From Deltaproteobacteria bacterium (GTDB taxonomy: Bacteria; Desulfobacterota_D; UBA1144; Nemesobacterales; CSP1-2), in the NCBI GenBank assembly GCA_052390235.1, contig JBQTHB010000004.1, positions 1 to 64,000 of the forward strand: a stretch of DNA of 64,000 nt, read 5' to 3'. Below are positions 50,504-60,833 of the stretch, piece by piece. Made by a program: the position numbers and the translations under genes. Positions within the stretch are counted from its first letter, which is position 1; each line of letters opens with the position of its first letter. A model generated the notes under the pieces. The model was not told the origin of the DNA. It ran no database searches and worked only from the letters and a program-made list of their open reading frames with translations.

Positions 50504-51238
50504 ATGCAGGACGACGACATCGCGCGCGGGCGACATCTCAGCCGAAGGGACGCTCTTAGCCTGATTGGGAACGCGGGATTCGCCGCAGTTCTCGGATGCA
50601 GCAGCAGGGAGTCTGATGACCCCGTAGCCAGGCGCGCCGCCCCCCCGTGCATTGCCAGACCTCAGCAGACCGAGGGCCCATATTTTACGGATGACGCGCT
50701 AAACCGCTCAGACATTCGCTCAGACCCTGCGGGCGGCGCCGCGAGAGACGGGGAGATGCTGCGTCTTACGATAAACGTCTATCGCTCTAGCAATGAGTCC
50801 TGCGCCCCTCTTCCCGGGGCTTATGTTGACCTCTGGCACTGCGACGCAGATGGCGTTTATTCGGACGTTATAGACCCCGGCTTTAACACTTTAGGGCAGA
50901 AATTTCTCCGCGGCTATCAACTTAGCGATGAGCGGGGCAGGGCGCGGTTTCTCACAATTTATCCGGGATGGTACTGGGGCAGAACCGTCCATATTCATTT
51001 TAAAGTGCGCTCAGTCTCGGCGGCAGGCAGGGAATATGAATTCACCTCCCAGCTTTATTTTGACGACTCCATCACGGACTCAGTTCACTCAAAACCCCCG
51101 TACTCGCAAAAGGGTGGGGAGAGAATCCGAAATGAAATGGACGCAATATTCAGGCGGGGCGGCGAGCAACTCCTGCTACCGGTGGCTCGAGATGAGGGGG
51201 TATTGAGCGCGTCTTTCGATATAGGACTGCTGTTCTAG
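50504..51238 (+). CDS. Intradiol ring-cleavage dioxygenase-like protein, Tat/lipoprotein signal
   Basis: LSRRDAL...VLGC; TEGPYF, DLWHCDADGVYS, PGWY.GRTVHIHFK, FTSQLYF. Confidence 0.85.
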   Translation: MQDDDIARGRHLSRRDALSLIGNAGFAAVLGCSSRESDDPVARRAAPPCIARPQQTEGPYFTDDALNRSDIRSDPAGGAARDGEMLRLTINVYRSSNESCAPLPGAYVDLWHCDADGVYSDVIDPGFNTLGQKFLRGYQLSDERGRARFLTIYPGWYWGRTVHIHFKVRSVSAAGREYEFTSQLYFDDSITDSVHSKPPYSQKGGERIRNEMDAIFRRGGEQLLLPVARDEGVLSASFDIGLLF

Positions 51239-51442
51239 CGAGAGGCAGGGCAGGGTAATAATTGGCGGAGGAGTTATACTCCCTCGTTTTAATATGCGCT
51301 ATCTTGCGGTCTCCCTCAACCCGATATGCGCGGGATTCAATTGAGATAGTAGCCGGGAGGGCGGTGTTTGAATCTCGCGGGCAGAGAGTTTTATCTAAAT
51401 GGCTAGAGATTCACCCTGCCTGTGAATCGGGAGGAGCAACAG

Positions 51443-52309
51443 ATGAAGAGAGTCCTTGGCGTTCACAAAAAACCCGCGATGCACTGGGTTGGCGACGGCT
51501 TTGCGGTCAGCTCGATATTTTCCTATCATAATTTTGCCGAAGCACTGAGCCCTTTTCTCCTGCTCGATTACGCCGAGCCTAGGGAGTTCCCCGCGGCTAA
51601 GAAGCCCAGAGGGGTCGAAACCCACCCTCACCGGGGTTTTGAAACCGTAACCATCGTTTTCTCAGGGGGACTCGAACACCGCGACTCAGCGGGCAATCAC
51701 GGCAGTATCGGGGCGGGGGACGTGCAGTGGATGACTGCGGCTTCCGGCGTTCTGCATGAGGAAAAACACTCGGCGGATTTCACCAAGCGGGGCGGCACGT
51801 TCGAGGTTGCTCAGCTTTGGGTGAATCTCCCCTCGCGGCACAAAATGTCGGCTCCGGGCTATCAGACCCTTTTGGCGGCGGAGATTGCCACGGTAGCCAT
51901 TCCCGGCGGCACTGTCAGGGTGATTGCCGGCGAATTCAACGGGCAAAAAGGGGCGGCGCGCACATTTACGCCGGTAAATCTCTGGGATTTGACCCTTGCC
52001 GAGGGCTGGGAAGAGCGGCTCAATATCGGCAGTGGGCAAACGGCGGCGATATTTGTCATGAGAGGCAGGGCGTCGGCTAATTCGGCAACTGTCTCCTTCG
52101 GGGAGCTTGCCGTGTTCGAGCGCGAGGGGGAGGGGGTCTCGATTGCCGCCCTCGAGGACTCTCGCGTCCTCATTATGAGCGCGGAGCCTATTAACGAGCC
52201 GGTAGTAGGACACGGGCCGTTTGTTATGAACACGCAGACGGAAATTGACCGCGCGCTCGAGGACTATAGGCGGGGGTGCTTTGGCAATATGAAAAACACC
52301 TCCGCTTAA
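51443..52309 (+). CDS. Pirin family protein
   Basis: SPFLLLD, HPHRGFETVT, VQWMTAASG..H.E, QLWVNLP, GPFVMN; ATG 51443 follows GGAGGAG. Confidence 0.93.
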   Translation: MKRVLGVHKKPAMHWVGDGFAVSSIFSYHNFAEALSPFLLLDYAEPREFPAAKKPRGVETHPHRGFETVTIVFSGGLEHRDSAGNHGSIGAGDVQWMTAASGVLHEEKHSADFTKRGGTFEVAQLWVNLPSRHKMSAPGYQTLLAAEIATVAIPGGTVRVIAGEFNGQKGAARTFTPVNLWDLTLAEGWEERLNIGSGQTAAIFVMRGRASANSATVSFGELAVFEREGEGVSIAALEDSRVLIMSAEPINEPVVGHGPFVMNTQTEIDRALEDYRRGCFGNMKNTSA

Positions 52310-52363
52310 GTCAACGGGCTAGATTGCCGTCTGCTCTGCGCCGCGCAAGTTGACACTGCGCGC

Positions 52364-52906
52364 TCATAGAAGCTCGCCTATTGAGAATATCGAATAAAAC
52401 TCATAGCCCAAGCCACAAAACCTCTCTCTAGCCCCTTCTTCTCTATCCACCACGACGAGGGATTTTGCCACTTTCGCCCCCGCCGCTTCCACTGCGCTTA
52501 TAGCCTTGAGAATTGAGCCGCCAGTAGTCGCCACGTCTTCAACTATCGCCGCGCAGTCCGAGGGGTTCAGATTCCCCTCGATGAGTTTCCCCCTGCCATA
52601 GGATTTCTCCTCCTTGCGCACTAGAAACCCCCTGAGCGGAGAGCCGTTTTCATGCGACAGCGCGAGAATTGAGCCTACGATGGGGTCTGCTCCCATTGTG
52701 GGGCCCCCGACTGAGACAATTTGGGGGGTTTTTAGTATCTCGGCGAGAAAAATCTTTGCGATGAGATACGCGCCTTCTGGGTCAAGCGAGCTCCGGCGCG
52801 CGTCAATGTAGTAGGGGCTTTGCCTGCCTGAGGCGAGGGTGAAATTGCCTCTGAATATGGAGCGCTCCCTGAGTATCTGCTTTAGCCTCTCTCTATCGCC
52901 GGACAT
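52364..52906 (-). CDS. pyrE: Orotate phosphoribosyltransferase
   Basis: GNFTLASGRQSPYYID, RKEEK.YG, IVEDVATTGGS; start ATG 52906. Confidence 0.95.
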   Translation of the reverse strand: MSGDRERLKQILRERSIFRGNFTLASGRQSPYYIDARRSSLDPEGAYLIAKIFLAEILKTPQIVSVGGPTMGADPIVGSILALSHENGSPLRGFLVRKEEKSYGRGKLIEGNLNPSDCAAIVEDVATTGGSILKAISAVEAAGAKVAKSLVVVDREEGARERFCGLGYEFYSIFSIGELL

Positions 52907-53107
52907 GGGCTGAAATCTAACCTTGAGCGGACGCAATTGTCAATCTGCCACAATGCGGTTAGGTTGTACTCAATGAGCCTCGCCCGATAGTATTGGATGA
53001 TTGTAAATTGTGCAGTATGGCGAGCGTCTAGCCTATATAATGGTTATATAGTAGCCAGCGCTTCTGGGATGACTTCATAACTTTCTGTAAACACACAAAA
53101 TTTTAAT

Positions 53108-53123
53108 TGGCATACCTCTTGCA
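53108..53123 (+). promoter_or_regulatory. Sigma54 (-24/-12) promoter
   Basis: TGGCATACCTCTTGCA: GG-N10-GC. Confidence 0.8.
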
Positions 53124-53173
53124 ATATAGCTGGCAAGTTGAAAACGGATACTTTACACAAGGAGGCTAGGATA

Positions 53174-54241
53174 ATGCCTAATGTTTCTAAGATTTTATTT
53201 GCAGATTTAATTCTCGGAGCGCTGGTTCTCGGCTTTGCCGCCATTGCTAACGGCGAAGAAGTAACCATACGCGCGGGTCATTTCCCCAATATCACACACG
53301 CCCAGGGCGTCATTGGGCAGGCTACGGGGTGGTTTGAAAAAGCCCTCGGAAAGGACGCAAAGCTGGAGTGGCAGATATTCAACGCCGGTCCCTCGGCGAT
53401 AGAGTCCCTGTTCGCAGGAGAGCTTGACATCGCCTACATAGGGCCCAATCCCGCCATTAACGGCTATGTGAAATCCAAAGGCGAGGCTCTTCGCATCGTA
53501 GCCGGAGCGGCGAGCGGCGGCACGGCTCTGGTCGTAAGAAAAGGCGCGGGCATAAGCTCGGCAGAGGATTTCAACGGCAGGAGGGTCGCATCCCCTCAAC
53601 TTGGAAACACTCAGGACGTCGCCCTTAGACGTTGGCTCAAGAAAAACGGGCTCAAATCAAAAGAAAAAGGCGGCGCGGTGCAGATAGTCCCCCTTGCCAA
53701 CCCCGACCAGCTCACGCTTTTTCTCAGGGGCGATATTGACGCCGCGTGGACTGTCGAGCCGTGGGTTTCAAGACTCATCAAAGAGGGCAACGGCTCGCTC
53801 TTTCTCGATGAGAAGAGCCTTTGGCCAGGCGGCAAATACGTTATCACCCACGTTGTCGTCAGCGCGAGGTTCTTAAAAAATCACCCGGACTTGGTTAAAA
53901 AATGGATTGCCGCTCACGTTGGTCTCACCGAGTGGATCAACAAAAACCCCGAAAAAGCAAAGAAGCTACTCAATGACGAGATAAAGCGGGAAACCGGCAA
54001 AGCTATCCCCGACGACATCCTCGCCGAATCCCTAAAGAGAGTGGAATTCCTCCATGACCCCATTGCAAGCTCGCTTTTTATCTCGGCAAATTGGGCATTT
54101 GACGAGGGATTCCTCGGTAAAACCAAGCCCGATTTATCTAAGATTTACGATTTGCGCTTGCTCAACGAGGTTTTAACCGAGAGAGGTCTTGAGACCATAA
54201 AGCTCGCATCGCCCAAAAAAGCGGCGGCGGGCAACAATTAG
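53174..54241 (+). CDS. NitT/TauT (SsuA-like) ABC substrate-binding protein
   Basis: Signal peptide; GHFPNITHAQ, FNAGPS.IE, YIGPNPAIN, SPQLGNTQDVALR, VEPW; ATG 53174 follows AGGAGG. Confidence 0.9.
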   Translation: MPNVSKILFADLILGALVLGFAAIANGEEVTIRAGHFPNITHAQGVIGQATGWFEKALGKDAKLEWQIFNAGPSAIESLFAGELDIAYIGPNPAINGYVKSKGEALRIVAGAASGGTALVVRKGAGISSAEDFNGRRVASPQLGNTQDVALRRWLKKNGLKSKEKGGAVQIVPLANPDQLTLFLRGDIDAAWTVEPWVSRLIKEGNGSLFLDEKSLWPGGKYVITHVVVSARFLKNHPDLVKKWIAAHVGLTEWINKNPEKAKKLLNDEIKRETGKAIPDDILAESLKRVEFLHDPIASSLFISANWAFDEGFLGKTKPDLSKIYDLRLLNEVLTERGLETIKLASPKKAAAGNN

Positions 54242-54289
54242 ACGCCAAACCCCCTACCCCGATGCCGGTTGTAAACCGAGGACAGAGAG

Positions 54290-55360
54290 ATGATAAAACT
54301 TGCGACATCCAATGAGAGGGAAGAGATTTATGTTGACGAGGCGAAGGTTCATAAAATTGACCTCAGCGGGGCTATCTGCCCTCATCCGCTGAACCTCGTG
54401 CGGGACGCTATTGGAAATTTAAAAGAGGGGGAAGTCCTTCAGGCAACCTCGGACCACGAACCCACGGCGAGGGAAAATGTGCCGAGATTCTGCGAGCGCC
54501 GGGGCTATCCTTTCAGCGTCGTCGAGCGGGACGGCGCGTGGCGGATTTTTATCCAGAAAGCAGGAAAATCCCAGCCTCGGCTTGAGGTCATAGACGTATC
54601 CAAAACGTTCAGAATCAAAGAGGGCAGGTTCAGCGCTCTTGAGAGTGTCAATCTGACGATTCAGGAGGGGGAGTTTATCTGCCTACTAGGCCCTTCGGGA
54701 TGCGGAAAATCCACACTCCTTGGATTAATCGCCGGACTCGACAGTCCCACTCAGGGGGAAATCTGGTCGAACGGGAAAAAAGTAACCTCCCCCGGCGCAG
54801 ACCGCGTGGTTGTGTTTCAGGAAGGCGCGCTTTTCCCTTGGCTAACGGTGAGGGAAAACGTCGAATTCGGGCTAAAAATTCTAAACGTGAACCCGAAAAT
54901 CAGGCGCCCTCTCGCCTCGGATTACCTAAAACTCGTGGGGCTTGGCGAGGAGTTTTTCGACTCCTATATCCACCACCTCTCAGGGGGGATGAAACAGCGC
55001 GTTGCCATAGCAAGGGCGCTTGCCATGGAGCCGTCCGTGCTGCTGATGGATGAGCCGTTCTCGGCGCTGGATGTTTATACCCGCGAGGCCCTCCAAGAGG
55101 AGCTTCAAAATATCTGGAGCGAGTCTCATAAGACGATAGTTTTCGTAACCCACAACGTGCAGGAAGCCGTGCTTCTGGGGGACAGAGTCGTCGTATTCGC
55201 CAAGAATCCGGGGAGGATTAAATCCGAATATGAAATAGATATTCCCAGACCGAGGCGCGCCGATAACCCGGAGGTTTTTCTCAATATTAAGTGGATTACC
55301 GACGACCTCAGAGAGGAGCTTGGAAATAAGAGCGAAGGAGAATTGGGGGTGGAACTATGA
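54290..55360 (+). CDS. TusA-like sulfur carrier domain fused to NitT/TauT ABC ATPase
   Basis: N-terminal DLSGAICPHP...L..GEVL...SD...VP.FC...G...WRIFIQK; then GPSGCGKST, LSGGMKQR, MDEPFSALD, FVTH. Confidence 0.88.
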   Translation: MIKLATSNEREEIYVDEAKVHKIDLSGAICPHPLNLVRDAIGNLKEGEVLQATSDHEPTARENVPRFCERRGYPFSVVERDGAWRIFIQKAGKSQPRLEVIDVSKTFRIKEGRFSALESVNLTIQEGEFICLLGPSGCGKSTLLGLIAGLDSPTQGEIWSNGKKVTSPGADRVVVFQEGALFPWLTVRENVEFGLKILNVNPKIRRPLASDYLKLVGLGEEFFDSYIHHLSGGMKQRVAIARALAMEPSVLLMDEPFSALDVYTREALQEELQNIWSESHKTIVFVTHNVQEAVLLGDRVVVFAKNPGRIKSEYEIDIPRPRRADNPEVFLNIKWITDDLREELGNKSEGELGVEL

Positions 55361-56121
55361 CCGGCCGTCTGCTCAACCTGGCGCTCTTTTACTCTGGATT
55401 AATAGGAATCTGGCAGGCGCTCTCATACATGGAAATCTGGCCCTCCTATCTGTTTCCCTCGCCCTTGGGGGTGTTTGATGTGCTTATCGCAGGATTTTAC
55501 GACCAGTCCTTTATCATCGGGATTATCGTCAGCATGAAGCGAATCCTCATAGGCTACAGCATCTCGGTAGCGCTCGGCTTGGCAATAGGGCTGGTTATAG
55601 GGAGGGTGAAACTGCTCGATGAAACCCTCGGCACGCTCGCCCTAGGGCTTCAGGCTCTGCCCAGCATCTGCTGGCTTCCGATAGCGCTTCTGTGGTTCGG
55701 GCTTAGCGAGACGGCGATGCAAGCGATAGTCATACTGGGGTCTCTGTTCTCGATAATTATAGGGGTGGACACGGGGGTGAAAAACGTGCCTCCAATTTAC
55801 ATCCGCGCGGCGAGGACTATGGGCGCGAGGGGGTATTACCTCTATACAAAGGTGATTATCCCGGCGGCGATGCCATCTATAATAAGCGGATTTAAGCAGG
55901 GCTGGTCGTTTGCGTGGCGCTCGTTAATGGCGGCGGAGCTTCTGTATGTGAGCCTTGGGCTTGGGCATCTGCTCATGATGGGGCGCGAGCTCAATGACAT
56001 GAATCAGGTCATAGCGGTGATGATTGTTATAATTGCGCTGGGAATGCTCGTTGACAGGCTCGTGTTCGCGAGGCTCGAAGGGAGAATCAGAGCGAGGTGG
56101 GGACTTGCGGCGGGGGCTTAG
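55357..56121 (+). CDS. NitT/TauT ABC permease (SsuC-like)
   Basis: FPSP, LPSICWLP, EAA-like RAARTMGA, AWRSLMAAEL; ATGA overlap with the ATPase gene. Confidence 0.92.
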   Translation: MTGRLLNLALFYSGLIGIWQALSYMEIWPSYLFPSPLGVFDVLIAGFYDQSFIIGIIVSMKRILIGYSISVALGLAIGLVIGRVKLLDETLGTLALGLQALPSICWLPIALLWFGLSETAMQAIVILGSLFSIIIGVDTGVKNVPPIYIRAARTMGARGYYLYTKVIIPAAMPSIISGFKQGWSFAWRSLMAAELLYVSLGLGHLLMMGRELNDMNQVIAVMIVIIALGMLVDRLVFARLEGRIRARWGLAAGA

Positions 56122-56222
56122 AGGGGGGAGCATATCTATGCTGAAGCCCCTCACGGGGGACGGATTTTGTGGAATCTGCGGTAATATATCGCGAATTTTT
56201 GGCCCTGCGGGGATTAATCAAT

Positions 56223-56705
56223 ATGCAAAGGAAAATTGGCCGTCTCAGAAAGTGCGAGAGGGGGATTATTTCCCTCATAATTGGCCCAATAGTCGTATTC
56301 GTGATTTTCATCTTGGGGCTTGTGTATCAGTATTTTAATTTCTCGACCCCTACTGAGATACGCGGGCTAAGGGGCGAGGGCGAGGCAGAGGTCTATAGCC
56401 GCCCCTACGCCGAGGTTTTCGAGGAGGCGGCGCTTCTGATGAATGAACTGGGGCTTTCAATAGTCGAATCTAACCCGGAGCGCGCTTACATGGTCGTAAC
56501 GCCGGATAACTCGGGCTTTATCTATGAGGGGCGGATAATGGCGCTTTTTTTCAGCGCCGCCCCCGCCGGAGGGACGAGGCTTGAAATCGTCGCCAAGTAC
56601 GTAAACCTGCCGCCTCTTAGGGATTTTATCTCTCCAAAAATGCGCCCATCTGAGATTTTCAACAAGCTCGGGAGCCGCTTAGACGGGACGAGATATAGAG
56701 ACTGA
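56223..56705 (+). CDS. Hypothetical membrane-anchored protein
   Basis: Basic N-terminus, one TM helix, soluble C-terminal domain; start ATG 56223 uncertain. Confidence 0.55.
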   Translation: MQRKIGRLRKCERGIISLIIGPIVVFVIFILGLVYQYFNFSTPTEIRGLRGEGEAEVYSRPYAEVFEEAALLMNELGLSIVESNPERAYMVVTPDNSGFIYEGRIMALFFSAAPAGGTRLEIVAKYVNLPPLRDFISPKMRPSEIFNKLGSRLDGTRYRD

Positions 56706-56751
56706 TCCCTCCGCGTGAACGGTGAGGGCGGCGCGCGTCCCATTCCCCCTC

Positions 56752-57471
56752 CTAATAATACCGCCTCAACTCCACGGCAAGCGGCAGCGCAATCTTGGAG
56801 GGATTTGCATCGCCCTCGATTTTGAATTCCACTTCCATGGTCATGCCGCCCGCTTTCGGGGGGATTTTCTTGAGATAGACAAATCCCTCGGCGGCGGATT
56901 TGGGCTTAATCGTCCCTGAGACGAGTGCTTCTGCTATGACATCAGCCGAGGAATCCCCAGAATAATACGAAGAATAATCCGAATAATAGGGGAATCGCCA
57001 AAATGGGTCGTAAGAGAAGCTGTTGTAGAAAAACGGGCTAAATCCCCTGCGATAGAATCTGGAGAAACCAAACCCGTAGCCGAACCCCAAGGAACTGTAG
57101 GCGCGAAGGGCGTACTGCCTCCTTACGCCGGATTCAGCGATTCTGGCAACGGTGTCCGGGGCAATTGCCAAGAACTGGGTGCGAGACTCATCAAATAGGG
57201 CGACGTCTTCATATCTGATGGAAACGTCGAATTCGGTTTGATTCTCAATTCTGATAAACACCGGCGTTAAGTAGATGCTGAGGTTTCTCGGCTCTCCTCT
57301 CCACGCCGACGGGACTGCGGTTAGCGTAACCCCGCGCTCGGTTTTCGAGACGCTCCCCGTCCCTGATGCCGCCGCTCCCGTAGCCGGAACGAGCCTCCCC
57401 GTAGCGCATCCGCTCAGAATGCACGCTATGAAAACCGCCGCGAATAGTTCGGATGTCCTAATTATTCTCAT
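56752..57471 (-). CDS. Hypothetical lipoprotein
   Basis: LSGC lipobox; internal Tyr/Phe/Gly/Ser-rich segment; GGAGG upstream. Confidence 0.7.
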   Translation of the reverse strand: MRIIRTSELFAAVFIACILSGCATGRLVPATGAAASGTGSVSKTERGVTLTAVPSAWRGEPRNLSIYLTPVFIRIENQTEFDVSIRYEDVALFDESRTQFLAIAPDTVARIAESGVRRQYALRAYSSLGFGYGFGFSRFYRRGFSPFFYNSFSYDPFWRFPYYSDYSSYYSGDSSADVIAEALVSGTIKPKSAAEGFVYLKKIPPKAGGMTMEVEFKIEGDANPSKIALPLAVELRRYY

Positions 57472-57575
57472 TTCAATGCCCCTCCCTGCGCTGATATTTT
57501 AGCCGAATCTCGCCCCCGTTTACAGGGGAAGTTCACGTCTTGACATCGGCAATACTATAGTGGAAAGTATCCTCT

Positions 57576-58058
57576 ATGGACAGCTTAAACTACTCAAAAT
57601 TCAGCTCTTCAATCGGTGAAATATTTATTCTCGCAAAGGGGCGCGCTATCTCTGTCGTGGCGTTCAGCCGGGGGGATTTGAGCAAATTTGCCCCCGATGC
57701 CGCCGATATTTCTGATGGAGGATACGCCGCCTCCGCCGCCCGCAAGATTCAATCCTACCTGGGCGGAGAGTTATCGGATTTCGATATAGAACTAGACCTC
57801 TCTGGGGCAACGCCGTTTCAATCGTCCGTCTGGAAGGAGCTAATTAAAATCCCCTACGGAGCGACGAGAACCTACTCCGATATTGCCCGCGCCATTGGAA
57901 GCCCGAAGGCGCAAAGAGCAGTCGGAAGGGCAGTCGGGGCTAATCCAATTGCGATAATTGTCCCCTGCCACAGGGTCGTTGCCGCAGGCGGTTTGGGCGG
58001 GTATTCCGGGGGAATGGAGATTAAAAAGAGACTCCTCCGAATCGAAGGGGCGATGTAG
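57576..58058 (+). CDS. ogt: Methylated-DNA--protein-cysteine methyltransferase
   Basis: TPFQ..VW..L..IPYG.T.TY, RAVG.A.GANP, PCHRV. Confidence 0.95.
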   Translation: MDSLNYSKFSSSIGEIFILAKGRAISVVAFSRGDLSKFAPDAADISDGGYAASAARKIQSYLGGELSDFDIELDLSGATPFQSSVWKELIKIPYGATRTYSDIARAIGSPKAQRAVGRAVGANPIAIIVPCHRVVAAGGLGGYSGGMEIKKRLLRIEGAM

Positions 58059-58514
58059 TTGCCAATTTCCCTAGCCCGCCTCCTGGCGGAGTTTTTTTAT
58101 CTCGGACGCTCAAAGGTTGCCCCCGGCACTGCGGGAACTCTAGGCGCGATACCGCTCTACTACTATCTCTCGGTCGGATTTTCTCCGCTTGCCTATTTTT
58201 TGCTCCTCGGCGTATTTATAATTCTGTCCGTATGGGCGGCGGGCAGGGCATCTAGTGCCTCGGGCGAGGAAGACCCGCAGTGGGTTGTGATAGACGAGGT
58301 CGCGGGGTATCTGGTTACGATGTTTCTCATCGCGCCGACTCTGCTAAATATCGCTCTGGGGTTCATCCTGTTCAGACTATTTGATATTGTGAAACCCCCA
58401 CCGGCGAGGAGGTTTGAGAGCCTTCCGGGAGGGATTGGCATTGTGGCAGACGACGTTATGGCGGGGATTTATGCAAACGCCGCGCTTCAGATTCTTACGA
58501 GGATTATAGGCTAG
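58059..58514 (+). CDS. pgpA: Phosphatidylglycerophosphatase A
   Basis: APGTAGT, DPQWVVIDEVAG, FRLFDIVKP, ADDVMAG. Confidence 0.93.
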   Translation: MPISLARLLAEFFYLGRSKVAPGTAGTLGAIPLYYYLSVGFSPLAYFLLLGVFIILSVWAAGRASSASGEEDPQWVVIDEVAGYLVTMFLIAPTLLNIALGFILFRLFDIVKPPPARRFESLPGGIGIVADDVMAGIYANAALQILTRIIG

Positions 58515-58523
58515 GGTGGAAAA

Positions 58524-59765
58524 ATGAATATTGAAATCATCACGACGGGCGATGAAATCATGAGCGGCATCACGCTCGACACCAACTTCTCTTGGCTCGC
58601 GGAGCGGCTCACATCCCAGGGCTTTAGCCTCCGCTACCACACGAGCGTTGGAGACTCGCCAGAGGCGATAGCCCGCGCCCTTCAGACTGCCGCACAGAGG
58701 TCTGCGGCCGTTATCGTTACAGGGGGGCTCGGCCCTACCTCGGACGACATCACGGCATCTGTGGCGGCGTCTTTTTTCGATGCCCCCTTGGAACTGAGCG
58801 CCGCCGCCCTCTCGATGATGGAGCGGAGATTTCGCTCTCAAGGACGGGCACTGCTTCAAATCAATAAAAAACAGGCGTATCTGCCGCAGGGGTCGAAAAT
58901 CCTTGAAAACCACTGGGGAACTGCCGCGGGATTCCAATACGAACACGGCGGGGCGCAGTTTTTCTTTCTCCCCGGAGTGCCGAAGGAGTTCCGCGCTATG
59001 GCGGATGAGTACGTCGTGCCGGAGCTTGAGGCGCGGGACGCCGGGCGAAAGAGGTATGCCAACCGCCTCGTAAAGACCTTCGGGCTTCGAGAGTCTGAGG
59101 TCGCCGATAAAATCAAAGACGTCCACAGACACGGGGTCGTCATAGGCTACAGGGCGCATTTCCCGCAGATTCATCTCAGGGTTTCGGCTTATGCCGACTC
59201 CGAGGCAGAATCAGAGGCTCTGGCGGCGGGGGTCGTAGGGGAAATTGAGGCGATTCTTGGGGATTTCATCTTTACCACGAGGGGCGAGAATCTCGAACAG
59301 GTCGTGGGGGCGATGCTGCGGGAGCGCGACCTGACCATTGCCGTCGCCGAATCCTGCACTGGGGGGCTACTTGCCGACAGGATTACGGACGTTGCCGCAA
59401 GCTCCGACTATTTTGAGAGAGGGGTCGTTGCCTACGCTAATAGCGCGAAAATTGACGTCCTTGGCGTGCCGGAGGAATTGCTCAAATCCCACGGAGCTGT
59501 GAGCGCGCCAGTGGCGGAGGCGATGGCTGAAGGCGTCCGCGTAACATCGGGCGCGGATTTGGGGGTCGCAATAACTGGCATTGCAGGGCCCGGCGGCGGG
59601 ACGGCGCAAAAGCCGGTTGGACTGGTTTATATTGCCCTCTCGCACGCGAAACTTGGCTCGGTTTCAGAGAGGTTTTTATTCGAGGGAGGCCGCAGGGAGA
59701 TAAAAATCCTATCGTCCGAGGCCGCTCTGAGCCGGATTAGGAAATTCCTAATATGTGGTGTATAA
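58524..59765 (+). CDS. cinA: Competence/damage-inducible protein CinA (MoCF-like + NMN deamidase)
   Basis: GDEIMSG...DTN, TGGLGPTSDDIT, AESCTGG, GAVS, TGIAGPGGG. Confidence 0.95.
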   Translation: MNIEIITTGDEIMSGITLDTNFSWLAERLTSQGFSLRYHTSVGDSPEAIARALQTAAQRSAAVIVTGGLGPTSDDITASVAASFFDAPLELSAAALSMMERRFRSQGRALLQINKKQAYLPQGSKILENHWGTAAGFQYEHGGAQFFFLPGVPKEFRAMADEYVVPELEARDAGRKRYANRLVKTFGLRESEVADKIKDVHRHGVVIGYRAHFPQIHLRVSAYADSEAESEALAAGVVGEIEAILGDFIFTTRGENLEQVVGAMLRERDLTIAVAESCTGGLLADRITDVAASSDYFERGVVAYANSAKIDVLGVPEELLKSHGAVSAPVAEAMAEGVRVTSGADLGVAITGIAGPGGGTAQKPVGLVYIALSHAKLGSVSERFLFEGGRREIKILSSEAALSRIRKFLICGV

Positions 59766-59786
59766 TGACGATTTTGAGGGGATATA

Positions 59787-60830
<1,044 letters not shown>

Positions 60831-60833
60831 GAG

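Noticed and set aside
51262..51531. 89-aa ORF and 11/12-bp inverted repeat (51329-51340 / 51368-51379) upstream of pirin
   Set aside because: The ORF overlaps pirin out of frame with no motif; the repeat is single and I cannot assign it
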